22,291 nucleotides of DNA from a virus (lineage: Duplodnaviria; Heunggongvirae; Uroviricota; Caudoviricetes): IMG/VR virus record IMGVR_UViG_3300032257_000005, positions 64,001 to 86,291 of that record, one strand, 5' to 3'. The notes under the pieces were generated by a model. It was not told where the DNA came from. It searched no databases and saw nothing but the letters and a program-made list of their open reading frames with translations. The translations under genes were made by a program, and so were the position numbers. This document shows positions 13,528 through 21,502 of the stretch, piece after piece (the stretch's first letter is position 1; each line of letters begins with the position of its first letter).

Positions 13528-14973
13528 ATGACTACTTATACAATACCGATCGAAGATTTAGCCGCTTATAATTATGGCAGTACAATGCCAGATAAGCTGA
13601 AGCGCACTCGACTTGATGAACTGGAATTACCTAATCAAGTTGAAGTTATTTATCTCAATTCAATTACAGATTATCAACAAGGTTATGAATACGCACAACG
13701 ACAAATAAAAAATGTTGATGGTGTTTTTACACTTCAGTTACCTATTAGTTTTGCCGGTGGTGATACACCTGCACAAATAGCAGATATTATTTTATATAAC
13801 GTTTGGACTGAACGAGTCCAGTATGAAATTACGCTACCGTTTAAATATGTAAAATTAGATGCTTCGGATAGATTGTCAATTACTTTAAATAATGTAACGC
13901 ATTTAATTCGCATTACAAATATCGACTATGAAGCACCTTTGTTAGTTAAGATAAAGGGTGTTGCAGATGAAACAAGTTTATACACTTCTAACGCAGTAGG
14001 TGGAACGGATAATCAAATAGGTCAGACCGTTCCAGTAATAGGCGCAACTTCTATAAACTATTTGGATATTCCGATGTTAAGAGATTTGGACAATTCTAGT
14101 GGTTACTATGCTGCTGCTAGTGGGTACAACACAAATTGGCCGGGTTGCGTTATATATAAATCAACTGATGGTGGTGTTGTTTACAACGAACTTAATTCAT
14201 TAGTAACAGCATCAACAAAAGGAACTACGATTGGTGCGTTAGGTGATACTTCATATCCTTGGCAATGGGATTATGCAAATACAGTTAATGTTTCACTCAT
14301 ATCTGGAACATTATCTGGCGAAACTGAAATAAATGTTTTAAATGGATCAAATTGGTGCTTAGTAGGTAGTGAGATAATTGCTTTTAAAACTGCAACACTT
14401 GAAGGGGATGGAACATATACGTTAAGTGGTTTGATGCGTGGTTTAAAAGGAACTGATTGGGCTACAGGAACACATGTATCAGGTGATAGATTTATTTTAT
14501 TGGATTCATCTTCAATATTACGAATATTAGAAGATTCAAGCCTTATCGGTACAAGCGCAAAATATAAAGCAGTAACGCTCAGTAAGTCGATAGCAGATAC
14601 ATCACTACAAGATTTTACGAATAATGCCGTTTGTTTAAAGCCTTATTCCCCGGTTGATGTAAAAGGATCACAAGCAACAAACGGTAACTGGACTTTTACA
14701 TGGAAAAGGCGAACTCGTTTTGGTGGTGAATGGCGAGATGCTGTTGATGCTACACTTAATGAAGATTCAGAAAAATATTTAGTTGAGATACATAGCAATC
14801 CATCTGCATCGACAATAGTTAATACATTGGCTACAGTGACAAGTGAAACCGCAACATACACAAGCGCACAAGTAGTTACTGATTTTGGAAGCGCACAATC
14901 AAATTTAACTATTGGTGTATTTCAATTATCAGAAACAGTCGGCAGAGGATATATTAGGAAGGTAACAGTATGA
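13528..14973 (+). CDS. Tail-tip C-terminal module (Phage-tail_3 / g15 C-terminus-like)
   Basis: RLDELELPNQVEVIY...DYQQG; LDIPML; WPGCVIYKSTDGG; LSGLMRGLKGT; PYSPV; WKRRTRFGGEW; LNEDSEKY. Confidence 0.88.
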   Translation: MTTYTIPIEDLAAYNYGSTMPDKLKRTRLDELELPNQVEVIYLNSITDYQQGYEYAQRQIKNVDGVFTLQLPISFAGGDTPAQIADIILYNVWTERVQYEITLPFKYVKLDASDRLSITLNNVTHLIRITNIDYEAPLLVKIKGVADETSLYTSNAVGGTDNQIGQTVPVIGATSINYLDIPMLRDLDNSSGYYAAASGYNTNWPGCVIYKSTDGGVVYNELNSLVTASTKGTTIGALGDTSYPWQWDYANTVNVSLISGTLSGETEINVLNGSNWCLVGSEIIAFKTATLEGDGTYTLSGLMRGLKGTDWATGTHVSGDRFILLDSSSILRILEDSSLIGTSAKYKAVTLSKSIADTSLQDFTNNAVCLKPYSPVDVKGSQATNGNWTFTWKRRTRFGGEWRDAVDATLNEDSEKYLVEIHSNPSASTIVNTLATVTSETATYTSAQVVTDFGSAQSNLTIGVFQLSETVGRGYIRKVTV

Positions 14974-15983
14974 CAACTCCAAAATTAGATCTGCCAGAAA
15001 TAGCAGAATCACAAGCGTCTAAATATTTAACGCATAATCAAGCCTTGCGTGATTTAGATGCTATTACACAGCCTCACATTATTAGTCAGCAACCAGATAT
15101 TCCTGTATCTACTTTTGCTGAAGGCGATACTTATATTATTACCTCTGCGGTAGCCAGTGGTAATTGGAACGGACAAAAAAATAATATAGCTTATTACTTT
15201 AATTCGGCATGGATTATTGTTTCGGCAGTTACGGACGGTTGGCGTGTTTATGATAATAATTTAGGTGTTGAATTAATTTATGCAAATTCTTCTTGGGGTA
15301 CACACATAACGGACGGCATTTCTTCTGCAACGATTACAGATAAAGGTCAACTTCTAGTCGGTACTGGAAATGCTTTGGTATCTGTTTTACCTATAGGATC
15401 ACCGGGACAAGTGTTAAAAGTGGACGCGGCAGGTTCAACGGTTGAATGGGCTGCGGTCGCTGGTACTGGTGATGTTACTGGCCCTGCTTCTGCAACGGCA
15501 AACGGTATTCCTAGATTTAGTGGTTCAACTGGTAAAGCTATTATTACATCTAATTGGGCAATCGTTTCTGTTACGGATATTATGACTGCTGGCGGTACGC
15601 TTGATATGAACAATGAGGTTATCAAGCAAGCAGAAATACAAGATTACTCTGAAACAGTTGTATCTGTAAATGTATCTGCCGGTGTTACTGATGTGAGTTT
15701 GGATATGACAACGGCTAACGTTTTCCATGTTGTGCTTCAAGCAAATGCTTCTGTCGGTTTTACTAATCCACCGGCAAGTTTAAAAAATGGGTCACTTACT
15801 GTTTACTTAGATCAAGACGGTACGGGATCAAGGACATTAACGTTAAAAGATACTATAATTTATGCTAGTGGTGCAGCCTCAACTATTAGTAGCGGTGCAA
15901 GCGAAAAAGATATATGGACATTTACAACTAGGGACGGCGGTACAACTTGGTATGCAATGGCGGCGGGACGTAAATTCGCATGA
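14970..15983 (+). CDS. DUF2793-containing tail fibre / adapter
   Basis: TPKLDLPEIAESQASKYLTHNQALRDLD N-terminus; C-terminal TRDGGTTWYAMAAG adapter-like end. Confidence 0.85.
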   Translation: MTTPKLDLPEIAESQASKYLTHNQALRDLDAITQPHIISQQPDIPVSTFAEGDTYIITSAVASGNWNGQKNNIAYYFNSAWIIVSAVTDGWRVYDNNLGVELIYANSSWGTHITDGISSATITDKGQLLVGTGNALVSVLPIGSPGQVLKVDAAGSTVEWAAVAGTGDVTGPASATANGIPRFSGSTGKAIITSNWAIVSVTDIMTAGGTLDMNNEVIKQAEIQDYSETVVSVNVSAGVTDVSLDMTTANVFHVVLQANASVGFTNPPASLKNGSLTVYLDQDGTGSRTLTLKDTIIYASGAASTISSGASEKDIWTFTTRDGGTTWYAMAAGRKFA

Positions 15984-17458
15984 ATAAATTCAGATCACTT
16001 ATTTTTGATTTTATTAAACCAAAATACTTTATTGCCAACAGTGCAAGAATGGGTGCGGCAGGTTCTGGTGGTTCTGGCATACCTTTTTATGGCTATACTT
16101 CGGCGGTAATAGCAGATGGTGCGGCTGCTTACTGGAAACTGGACGAAGCAACGGGATCGACTGCCGTTGATTATGCTAGTAGTTTAGATGGAACCTATAC
16201 TAATGGTGTTACAAAAGGTGTTGCTAAGTTAATAAGTGATTCTGGTGGTACTGCTGTTTCTTTTGATGGAACAAATGATTTTATTACGATGGGTGATGTT
16301 CTTGATTTTGATCAAGGTGATCGTTTTTCTATTGAGTTTTTAATTAACACAACAGATGATGGTGGTGGTAGTGGTGCTTCTATAATATCAAAACAATCTA
16401 ATACTGCACCTTATAGTGGTTATTCTCTGTATGTTTATATAAACTATATTTATATATCACTTATAGGTACAACTTATGCTAATAGATTAGAGAGTCATTA
16501 TGCAGTAGCGATAAATGATGGTGAAGATCATCATGTTGTGTGGACATATAACGGAAGTTCTAATATATCAGGAATGAAATTATCGGTAGATGGTGTTTTT
16601 CAAACTATGACAACCGATGTTAATAATTTAAGTACATCTACTGTTTGTGCTGAACCTTTTAATATAGGCGCAAGAAATAGTGTAGATATATTTGTATCTG
16701 CTGTTATCGACGAAGTTGCAGTTTATGCTACGGCCTTACCTGAAATCACTGTAAGAAAACATAAAGCGTTAAGTTTAGGTTATGCCTCGGCAACTTATCC
16801 TTTTGCGGTTATAACAGATGGAGCGATTGGTTATTGGCGTTTAGGTGAAACAACGGCATCAACGGCATATTCAGATGTTAATCATGTAATGGATGGAACC
16901 TATACAAACGGTGTTACGAAAGGTGTGACCAGTTTAGTTTCAACTGAAACCGATACGGCTGCTTCTTTTGATGGTACGAACGACTATGTATCTGTTACAG
17001 ATACGACAGATTTAAAAATAACGGGTAATATTACGGTTGAAACTATTGTTGCATTCAGTTCAACACAAACAGGTAAATACATAGTTTCAAAATGGGATAA
17101 TGCGGCACAACTTTCTTACATATTAAACATACCGGCAACCAATAATGTTTTCCAATTTGCTATTCGTACTGGCGGGGCAACTAAAAAAGCCAGATCGACA
17201 CCAACTTATAATGACGGTAATTCTCATCATGTTATGGGTACATATGATGGATCTAATATTAAATTATATGTAGATAAAGTTTTGGTCGATTCATCGGCTG
17301 TCACTGGGTCGATAACTGATTCCACTGCTGATTTTGTTATTGGTGCGGGTGATGGAAATATAAGTAACTTTGACGGTACGATTGATGATACGGCAATTTA
17401 TGCAACTGCACTAACATCAGCGCAAGTTTCATCACATTTTGCCGCTACTGGATTATAA
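15980..17458 (+). CDS. Receptor-binding protein with two tandem LamG/ConA-like domains
   Basis: Two copies of AYWKLDE/GYWRLGE...DGTYTNGVTKGV...SFDGTNDF/Y...HV..TY.GS...IDE/D.A.Y.TAL. Confidence 0.85.
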   Translation: MNKFRSLIFDFIKPKYFIANSARMGAAGSGGSGIPFYGYTSAVIADGAAAYWKLDEATGSTAVDYASSLDGTYTNGVTKGVAKLISDSGGTAVSFDGTNDFITMGDVLDFDQGDRFSIEFLINTTDDGGGSGASIISKQSNTAPYSGYSLYVYINYIYISLIGTTYANRLESHYAVAINDGEDHHVVWTYNGSSNISGMKLSVDGVFQTMTTDVNNLSTSTVCAEPFNIGARNSVDIFVSAVIDEVAVYATALPEITVRKHKALSLGYASATYPFAVITDGAIGYWRLGETTASTAYSDVNHVMDGTYTNGVTKGVTSLVSTETDTAASFDGTNDYVSVTDTTDLKITGNITVETIVAFSSTQTGKYIVSKWDNAAQLSYILNIPATNNVFQFAIRTGGATKKARSTPTYNDGNSHHVMGTYDGSNIKLYVDKVLVDSSAVTGSITDSTADFVIGAGDGNISNFDGTIDDTAIYATALTSAQVSSHFAATGL

Positions 17459-17469
17459 AGGAAAGTAAT

Positions 17470-17775
17470 ATGCCTGATTTTACAGAAAGTGATAGTAGAG
17501 CATTATATAAAGCTCATGAACGACTTGATACAATGTCTGAGATTGTTGTCGAACTTCGTACACAAAATAAATATCAAGAACAAAGAATAAAACAAAATGA
17601 AGATATAATGACTAAACATATGACTGATGAAGAAAAAATGTGGGATAAAATGCAACGTAATTTTGATTCACTTGTACGATTCAAATGGATTGCATTAGGT
17701 GTTATTGGTACGTTGTTAGTGGCTACTTCCGATAATCCGGTAGTTTCAAAAATAGTTGAGTCGGTGTTGAAATAA
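17470..17775 (+). CDS. Coiled-coil protein with a C-terminal TM (XhlA/holin-like)
   Basis: AAGGA SD; hydrophobic WIALGVIGTLLVA; first gene of the lysis region. Confidence 0.6.
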   Translation: MPDFTESDSRALYKAHERLDTMSEIVVELRTQNKYQEQRIKQNEDIMTKHMTDEEKMWDKMQRNFDSLVRFKWIALGVIGTLLVATSDNPVVSKIVESVLK

Positions 17776-17776
17776 T

Positions 17777-18013
17777 ATGTTAGCTAAAGACAAAAGAGAT
17801 CATATATTATTTGGTTTATTAGGCTTCGGGCTTGTTTGGGCTATATCAAAAAATATAGATTTTGCATTAGCCGTAACCGCGTTGTTCTGGGGTAGTAAAG
17901 AATTAATATGGGATGGTTTGCTTAAAAAAGGTACACCAGAATGGTTAGATTTTTTTGCTTCTGTTGTTCCATCGTCTATAATCTATTTAATAGTGAGGTT
18001 TTGTTATGCCTAG
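17777..18013 (+). CDS. Small multi-TM membrane protein (DKRDH...KELIWD...DFFAS)
   Basis: Two to three hydrophobic segments; directly before the endolysin. Confidence 0.65.
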   Translation: MLAKDKRDHILFGLLGFGLVWAISKNIDFALAVTALFWGSKELIWDGLLKKGTPEWLDFFASVVPSSIIYLIVRFCYA

Positions 18014-18437
18014 TTTCGGTACATCATCAAAAGGTAAGCTTGATACATGTGATAAAAGATTAATTGATATTATGGAAGTTGTAGTCAGGCATATCGACTG
18101 TACTATTATTTGCGGTCATAGATCTGAACTTGCACAAACTGAAGCATTTGAAGCCGGAAATTCTAAAGTTGAATGGCCTCATAGTAAGCATAATAGCTAT
18201 CCGTCAAAGGCTGTTGATGTTGCACCGTACATTTTAGGTCGCGGTATACCTTGGCCTCAAGAGGATAAGTACAAAACAAAAGACACGGCGCAATTTTATT
18301 ATTTACAAGGTTTCATTCGCGGTATCGCTGAATCAATGGGCCATAAAGTTCGGTTTGGCGGTAACTGGAATGGCAGTAATGATTTCAGACAAAACAGTTT
18401 TGATGATACCCCTCACGTAGAAATAGTTGGAGAATAA
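18006..18437 (+). CDS. Endolysin, peptidase M15 family (L-Ala-D-Glu type)
   Basis: ICGHRS...Q, SKHN...AVD, RFGGNW, DTPHVE Zn-peptidase motifs. Confidence 0.9.
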   Translation: MPSFGTSSKGKLDTCDKRLIDIMEVVVRHIDCTIICGHRSELAQTEAFEAGNSKVEWPHSKHNSYPSKAVDVAPYILGRGIPWPQEDKYKTKDTAQFYYLQGFIRGIAESMGHKVRFGGNWNGSNDFRQNSFDDTPHVEIVGE

Positions 18438-18438
18438 T

Positions 18439-18636
18439 ATGACAAGCTTTTTAAACAAGTGCCGTAAATCATGGACACTAAACGGAAATATGATTGCTGC
18501 TATACTCATTGGTATGCAAGATAATCTAGGCTTATTGCAATTACCACAAGATTATCATAAATGGGCTTTGTTTATTATCATAATAATGAACATCGTTTTA
18601 CGATTCAAAACCAGTACCGCTATTGGAGATAAATAA
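18439..18636 (+). CDS. Putative holin (2 TM)
   Basis: GGAG SD supports ATG 18439; KSWT...LRFKT pattern with two hydrophobic segments. Confidence 0.65.
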   Translation: MTSFLNKCRKSWTLNGNMIAAILIGMQDNLGLLQLPQDYHKWALFIIIIMNIVLRFKTSTAIGDK

Positions 18637-19073
18637 TGTTTAAAAATTTAATGATTGTAATGTGTGTTTTATTTGGTATGTCAGTTTCTTGGGTTAAAGC
18701 AGATCCAGCCGATCCTTCACTTAAAACTTTTACATGGTCAAACCCAGTTGATTTTGAAGATGGTACGACTGTACAGGTAGATGGTACGCCTTATGTTTTT
18801 GGTGGCAGTAAATTCTATTGGAAATTAAATAACGGAACTGATAAATATGGCGATCCTAATTCTTTTACTATTTCAGATCCAAACGCTACAAGCTTAAATG
18901 CTGATACACTTCCTGTTTTACCTGATGGTTCTTATTTAGGTGCAATGACTGGTTTTGATATAAATGGAATCGAATCAAAATATTCAGAGGACGTTGTTTC
19001 GTTTACGGTGGTTGGGGGAAAGTTAGTAGCGTTCAAGAGATCAAACCCACCAACGAACCTCAAGAAGCAATAA
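18636..19073 (+). CDS. Secreted protein with signal peptide and an Fn3-like beta-sandwich (145 aa)
   Basis: MFKNLMIVMCVLFGMSVSWVKA signal; FTWSNP...EDGT...Y...TGFD.NGIESKYSE pattern. The fold call is tentative. Confidence 0.7.
   Translation: MFKNLMIVMCVLFGMSVSWVKADPADPSLKTFTWSNPVDFEDGTTVQVDGTPYVFGGSKFYWKLNNGTDKYGDPNSFTISDPNATSLNADTLPVLPDGSYLGAMTGFDINGIESKYSEDVVSFTVVGGKLVAFKRSNPPTNLKKQ
19016..19022 (+). other. In-frame slippery heptamer G GGA AAG
   Basis: Codons GGG GGA AAG at 19014-19022; identical to the lambda G-T site. Confidence 0.75.
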
Positions 19074-19204
19074 AATATATTATTGGGATTGGTCTGGCTT
19101 TAGTCGCTTTTTTAATTGCGACAGGCCACTGGAAAATAGCACTTTTGATATTAATATTATGTCTGATAATAATATGGTATCTAAAAAAGAAAAGTGCCCC
19201 TTAG
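19022..19204 (+). CDS. -1-frame extension of 18636 (VSSVQEIKPTNEPQEAIKYIIGIGLALVAFLIATGHWKIALLILILCLIIIWYLKKKSAP)
   Basis: Frame open 18959-19204, with no ATG/GTG/TTG before the hydrophobic segments; fills an otherwise empty gap. Confidence 0.65.
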   Translation, partial: VSSVQEIKPTNEPQEAIKYIIGIGLALVAFLIATGHWKIALLILILCLIIIWYLKKKSAP

Positions 19205-19240
19205 CAGTTTTTGCTAGTACAAAATGTAGGAGTTATAAAC

Positions 19241-19387
19241 GTGAAAGAAAAGATAAGAAATGTCGGAAAGAAGGCAAAGCAGTTTGTAATAGAGTATTGG
19301 AAAAGGGTACAACTAAGTTGGAAAAGTAACGCGGTCAGTTTTGGGATAGGTGTTGTTTTAGGTTACGTTATACATGCTTTACGCTAA
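19241..19387 (+). CDS. 48-aa basic protein with a C-terminal TM (MKEKIRNVGKKAKQFVIEYWKRVQLSWKSNAVSFGIGVVLGYVIHALR)
   Basis: Hand-translated; AGGAG SD at 19228-19232 and GTG start; overlaps the i-spanin start. Confidence 0.7.
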   Translation: MKEKIRNVGKKAKQFVIEYWKRVQLSWKSNAVSFGIGVVLGYVIHALR

Positions 19388-19748
19388 GTTAATTGGTGCG
19401 GCTGTTGTAGCTGGTATTGTTTATCTCGGTTACTCCTATGTTACGGGAGTAATCGAGGATAACAAAACTCAAGCTATTAATATTAAAACGTTAGAAACAG
19501 CTATTAAATTAAAAGATGCTGAAATTGCTGGTAATAAATTAGCGATAGTATCACTCGTAAAACAAAACAGTGACTATTTGAAAACGTTAAATGATGCAAA
19601 ACTTGTTGAAGCCAGTAAAAACAAAGTGATTGATGATCATGACTTGAAAAAACTATTTAACGCAAGACCTAAAACAATGAAGCGATTGATTAACAAAGGT
19701 ACAGCAACAGTATTAACTGATATAGAAAGGTTATTCAATGAAGATTAG
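19374..19748 (+). CDS. Inner-membrane spanin (Rz-like)
   Basis: N-terminal TM followed by coiled coil; overlaps a lipoprotein gene. Confidence 0.75.
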   Translation: MLYAKLIGAAVVAGIVYLGYSYVTGVIEDNKTQAINIKTLETAIKLKDAEIAGNKLAIVSLVKQNSDYLKTLNDAKLVEASKNKVIDDHDLKKLFNARPKTMKRLINKGTATVLTDIERLFNED

Positions 19749-20046
19749 CTTATTTGTAATATCAATATGTCTTTTGTATGGTTGTAGTTCTATTCAGGAA
19801 AAATCAATTAACGTATCTAGCAAACAGAAAATTAATTGTAGCAGTCTTGAAATACAGAAACTAATTTTACTTAAAGTTAAATTTAATATTGTATTTGATG
19901 AAAGTGGTGAACGCTATGCTGGTTTAGATGGTAAAAATTACGGCAACTTATCTAAAAACATGCAAGCCATTATCAAAGGTATTAAGCAATTAAAAGGCGG
20001 TATACAATTATATAAAACCTGCATAGCTGATTTTAACCAGAATTAG
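19738..20046 (+). CDS. Outer-membrane lipoprotein spanin (Rz1-like)
   Basis: Lipobox LLYG|C at Cys16; ...YGNLSKNMQAII pattern. Confidence 0.78.
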   Translation: MKISLFVISICLLYGCSSIQEKSINVSSKQKINCSSLEIQKLILLKVKFNIVFDESGERYAGLDGKNYGNLSKNMQAIIKGIKQLKGGIQLYKTCIADFNQN

Positions 20047-20734
20047 CAACAAGTAAATCATGTTCTGTATTTATACTGTCACCAGCCTTATCATTAAATT
20101 CATAACAATAAACAATACCATCATTTTCTAGTGTTCGCATTTGCTCAAGCGATTCACTTTTTTCTAATGATTTATTTTTCCATGCCTTATAATAAGTTAA
20201 AAATGAAACATTATACCCATAAATACCACAATGCTTTTTAGCAAATGTTATTGGATAACGTGTAAAAAATAATGCTTTATTATTTCTATTAATTATTACT
20301 TTAATGACGGATTCATCATGCATTTCTTTATCAGTTATATCTTCATACATTGATATCATAGCTCTATGCTTATTATAAACAGGTATATTATCTAATAAGT
20401 AATTTACTTTTTTAATAGCATCAGGGTTAACATTCCAGTTATCACCTTGTACATTAATAATAGAATCGGAATTACTTAATTTTAATTTTGTTGCTATGTA
20501 AGCACAACGTTCAGTACCATTTTCACAAATAATATTTTTTGTATTAACAATCTCAACACGCGAATCAAAATCCATACCAGCAATAATATCACTATCAGTC
20601 GCAACAATAATTCTATCTATTTCTGATTTAAGTGCATTTTCAACTGTATGTTGAATAACAGGCTTGCCTTTTATTTTGCGTAACATTTTATTCTTAACAC
20701 GATGCGAATTAATTCTTGCGGGTATAATTATCAT
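20033..20734 (-). CDS. kdsB: CMP-Kdo synthetase (3-deoxy-manno-octulosonate cytidylyltransferase)-like
   Basis: IPAR.NS.R...K.L..I.GKP.IQH, VATD, GTER, INVQGD, HCGIYGY, LEKSESLEQMRTLE motifs. Confidence 0.9.
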   Translation of the reverse strand: MIIIPARINSHRVKNKMLRKIKGKPVIQHTVENALKSEIDRIIVATDSDIIAGMDFDSRVEIVNTKNIICENGTERCAYIATKLKLSNSDSIINVQGDNWNVNPDAIKKVNYLLDNIPVYNKHRAMISMYEDITDKEMHDESVIKVIINRNNKALFFTRYPITFAKKHCGIYGYNVSFLTYYKAWKNKSLEKSESLEQMRTLENDGIVYCYEFNDKAGDSINTEHDLLVANSG

Positions 20735-21003
20735 CCTATAACCTCCAACATTCTTTTTGCTTTTTCAGTTAAAATATAACCATCTTTTTTCTTTTTATGT
20801 AATGATTCACTATTATTTACTTTACTTTGTTTTATATACTGAGAGCTAATTAAAATATCTACCGTTCTTTGAGGTATTATTTCATGCATCCCATCTTTAC
20901 TTATTACACAACCATTCACCCAAGGGTTGTTTTTTGTCATGGTCATAAGCCAGCCATGATTCATCTTATATAGCGTACTTGTGTATATTACGTTCAATCC
21001 CAT
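20731..21003 (-). CDS. Hypothetical protein (90 aa)
   Basis: GAGGA SD; TGA overlaps the kdsB ATG. Confidence 0.75.
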   Translation of the reverse strand: MGLNVIYTSTLYKMNHGWLMTMTKNNPWVNGCVISKDGMHEIIPQRTVDILISSQYIKQSKVNNSESLHKKKKDGYILTEKAKRMLEVIG

Positions 21004-21072
21004 AACTATATCCTCTATTTGGCTAAAGTAGGCATCATTACAGCGTGTTTTAATTGTTTTTTATGTGATAGC

Positions 21073-21288
21073 TTATGTATTAGCATTAATCTGCCTACGA
21101 TCGTTACAGCGTCTTTCAGTTAACCTTCTATCGGGTAAGTTTTCAGCATTAAAATCTGGATTATTATCCCAACTAAAAGCAGTTGATTTATTTATACGTC
21201 TTTCGTTTTTTCTTCTTTGATCTGATCTGTAATAAAAATTAAAATCGATAGGTTGTTTCATCATATTACCATTAATGAATTCGCTCAT
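21073..21288 (-). CDS. Small protein with (D/E)RR repeats
   Basis: DQRRKNERR...DRRLTERRCNDRR. Confidence 0.7.
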   Translation of the reverse strand: MSEFINGNMMKQPIDFNFYYRSDQRRKNERRINKSTAFSWDNNPDFNAENLPDRRLTERRCNDRRQINANT

Positions 21289-21496
21289 TTTGTATATCCT
21301 TCACATTTATTTTATATTGTAAATCTTTACCGATATTAACGATACAAAATTGATTTAATATAATATCGACACTAGCATTATCATAATCTTTTTCAATACA
21401 AAAATTATAAGTTTCTACCTCTAACGATAATAGTATTAAACTCCATATTTTTAAAGTAATTAATATTATGAAATAAAATTTTAATTTATTATCCAT
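21272..21496 (-). CDS. Small protein with an N-terminal TM
   Basis: Track ORF; hydrophobic FYFIILITLKIWSLILLSL. Confidence 0.65.
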   Translation of the reverse strand: MDNKLKFYFIILITLKIWSLILLSLEVETYNFCIEKDYDNASVDIILNQFCIVNIGKDLQYKINVKDIQNERIH

Positions 21497-21502
21497 ATAT
21501 AT

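Noticed and set aside
4075-15740. Minus-strand track ORFs inside tail genes (4075, 4518, 5244, 6393, 8614, 9000, 9521, 11801, 12308, 14643, 15347, 15525)
   Set aside because: Shadow frames of strongly biased plus-strand genes; no SDs or recognisable motifs.
10134-17458. DGR or shufflon diversification of the tail
   Set aside because: No reverse transcriptase, adenine-specific template/variable repeat pair or invertase in the window; the repeats are direct, not inverted.
19159-19329. 56-aa basic Cys-containing ORF (MSDNNMVSKK...)
   Set aside because: No SD; overlaps the better-supported TM frame and the AGGAG-GTG gene at 19241.
21015-21086. 23-aa minus-strand ORF (MLIHKLSHKK...)
   Set aside because: Weak SD and very short; cannot be supported.
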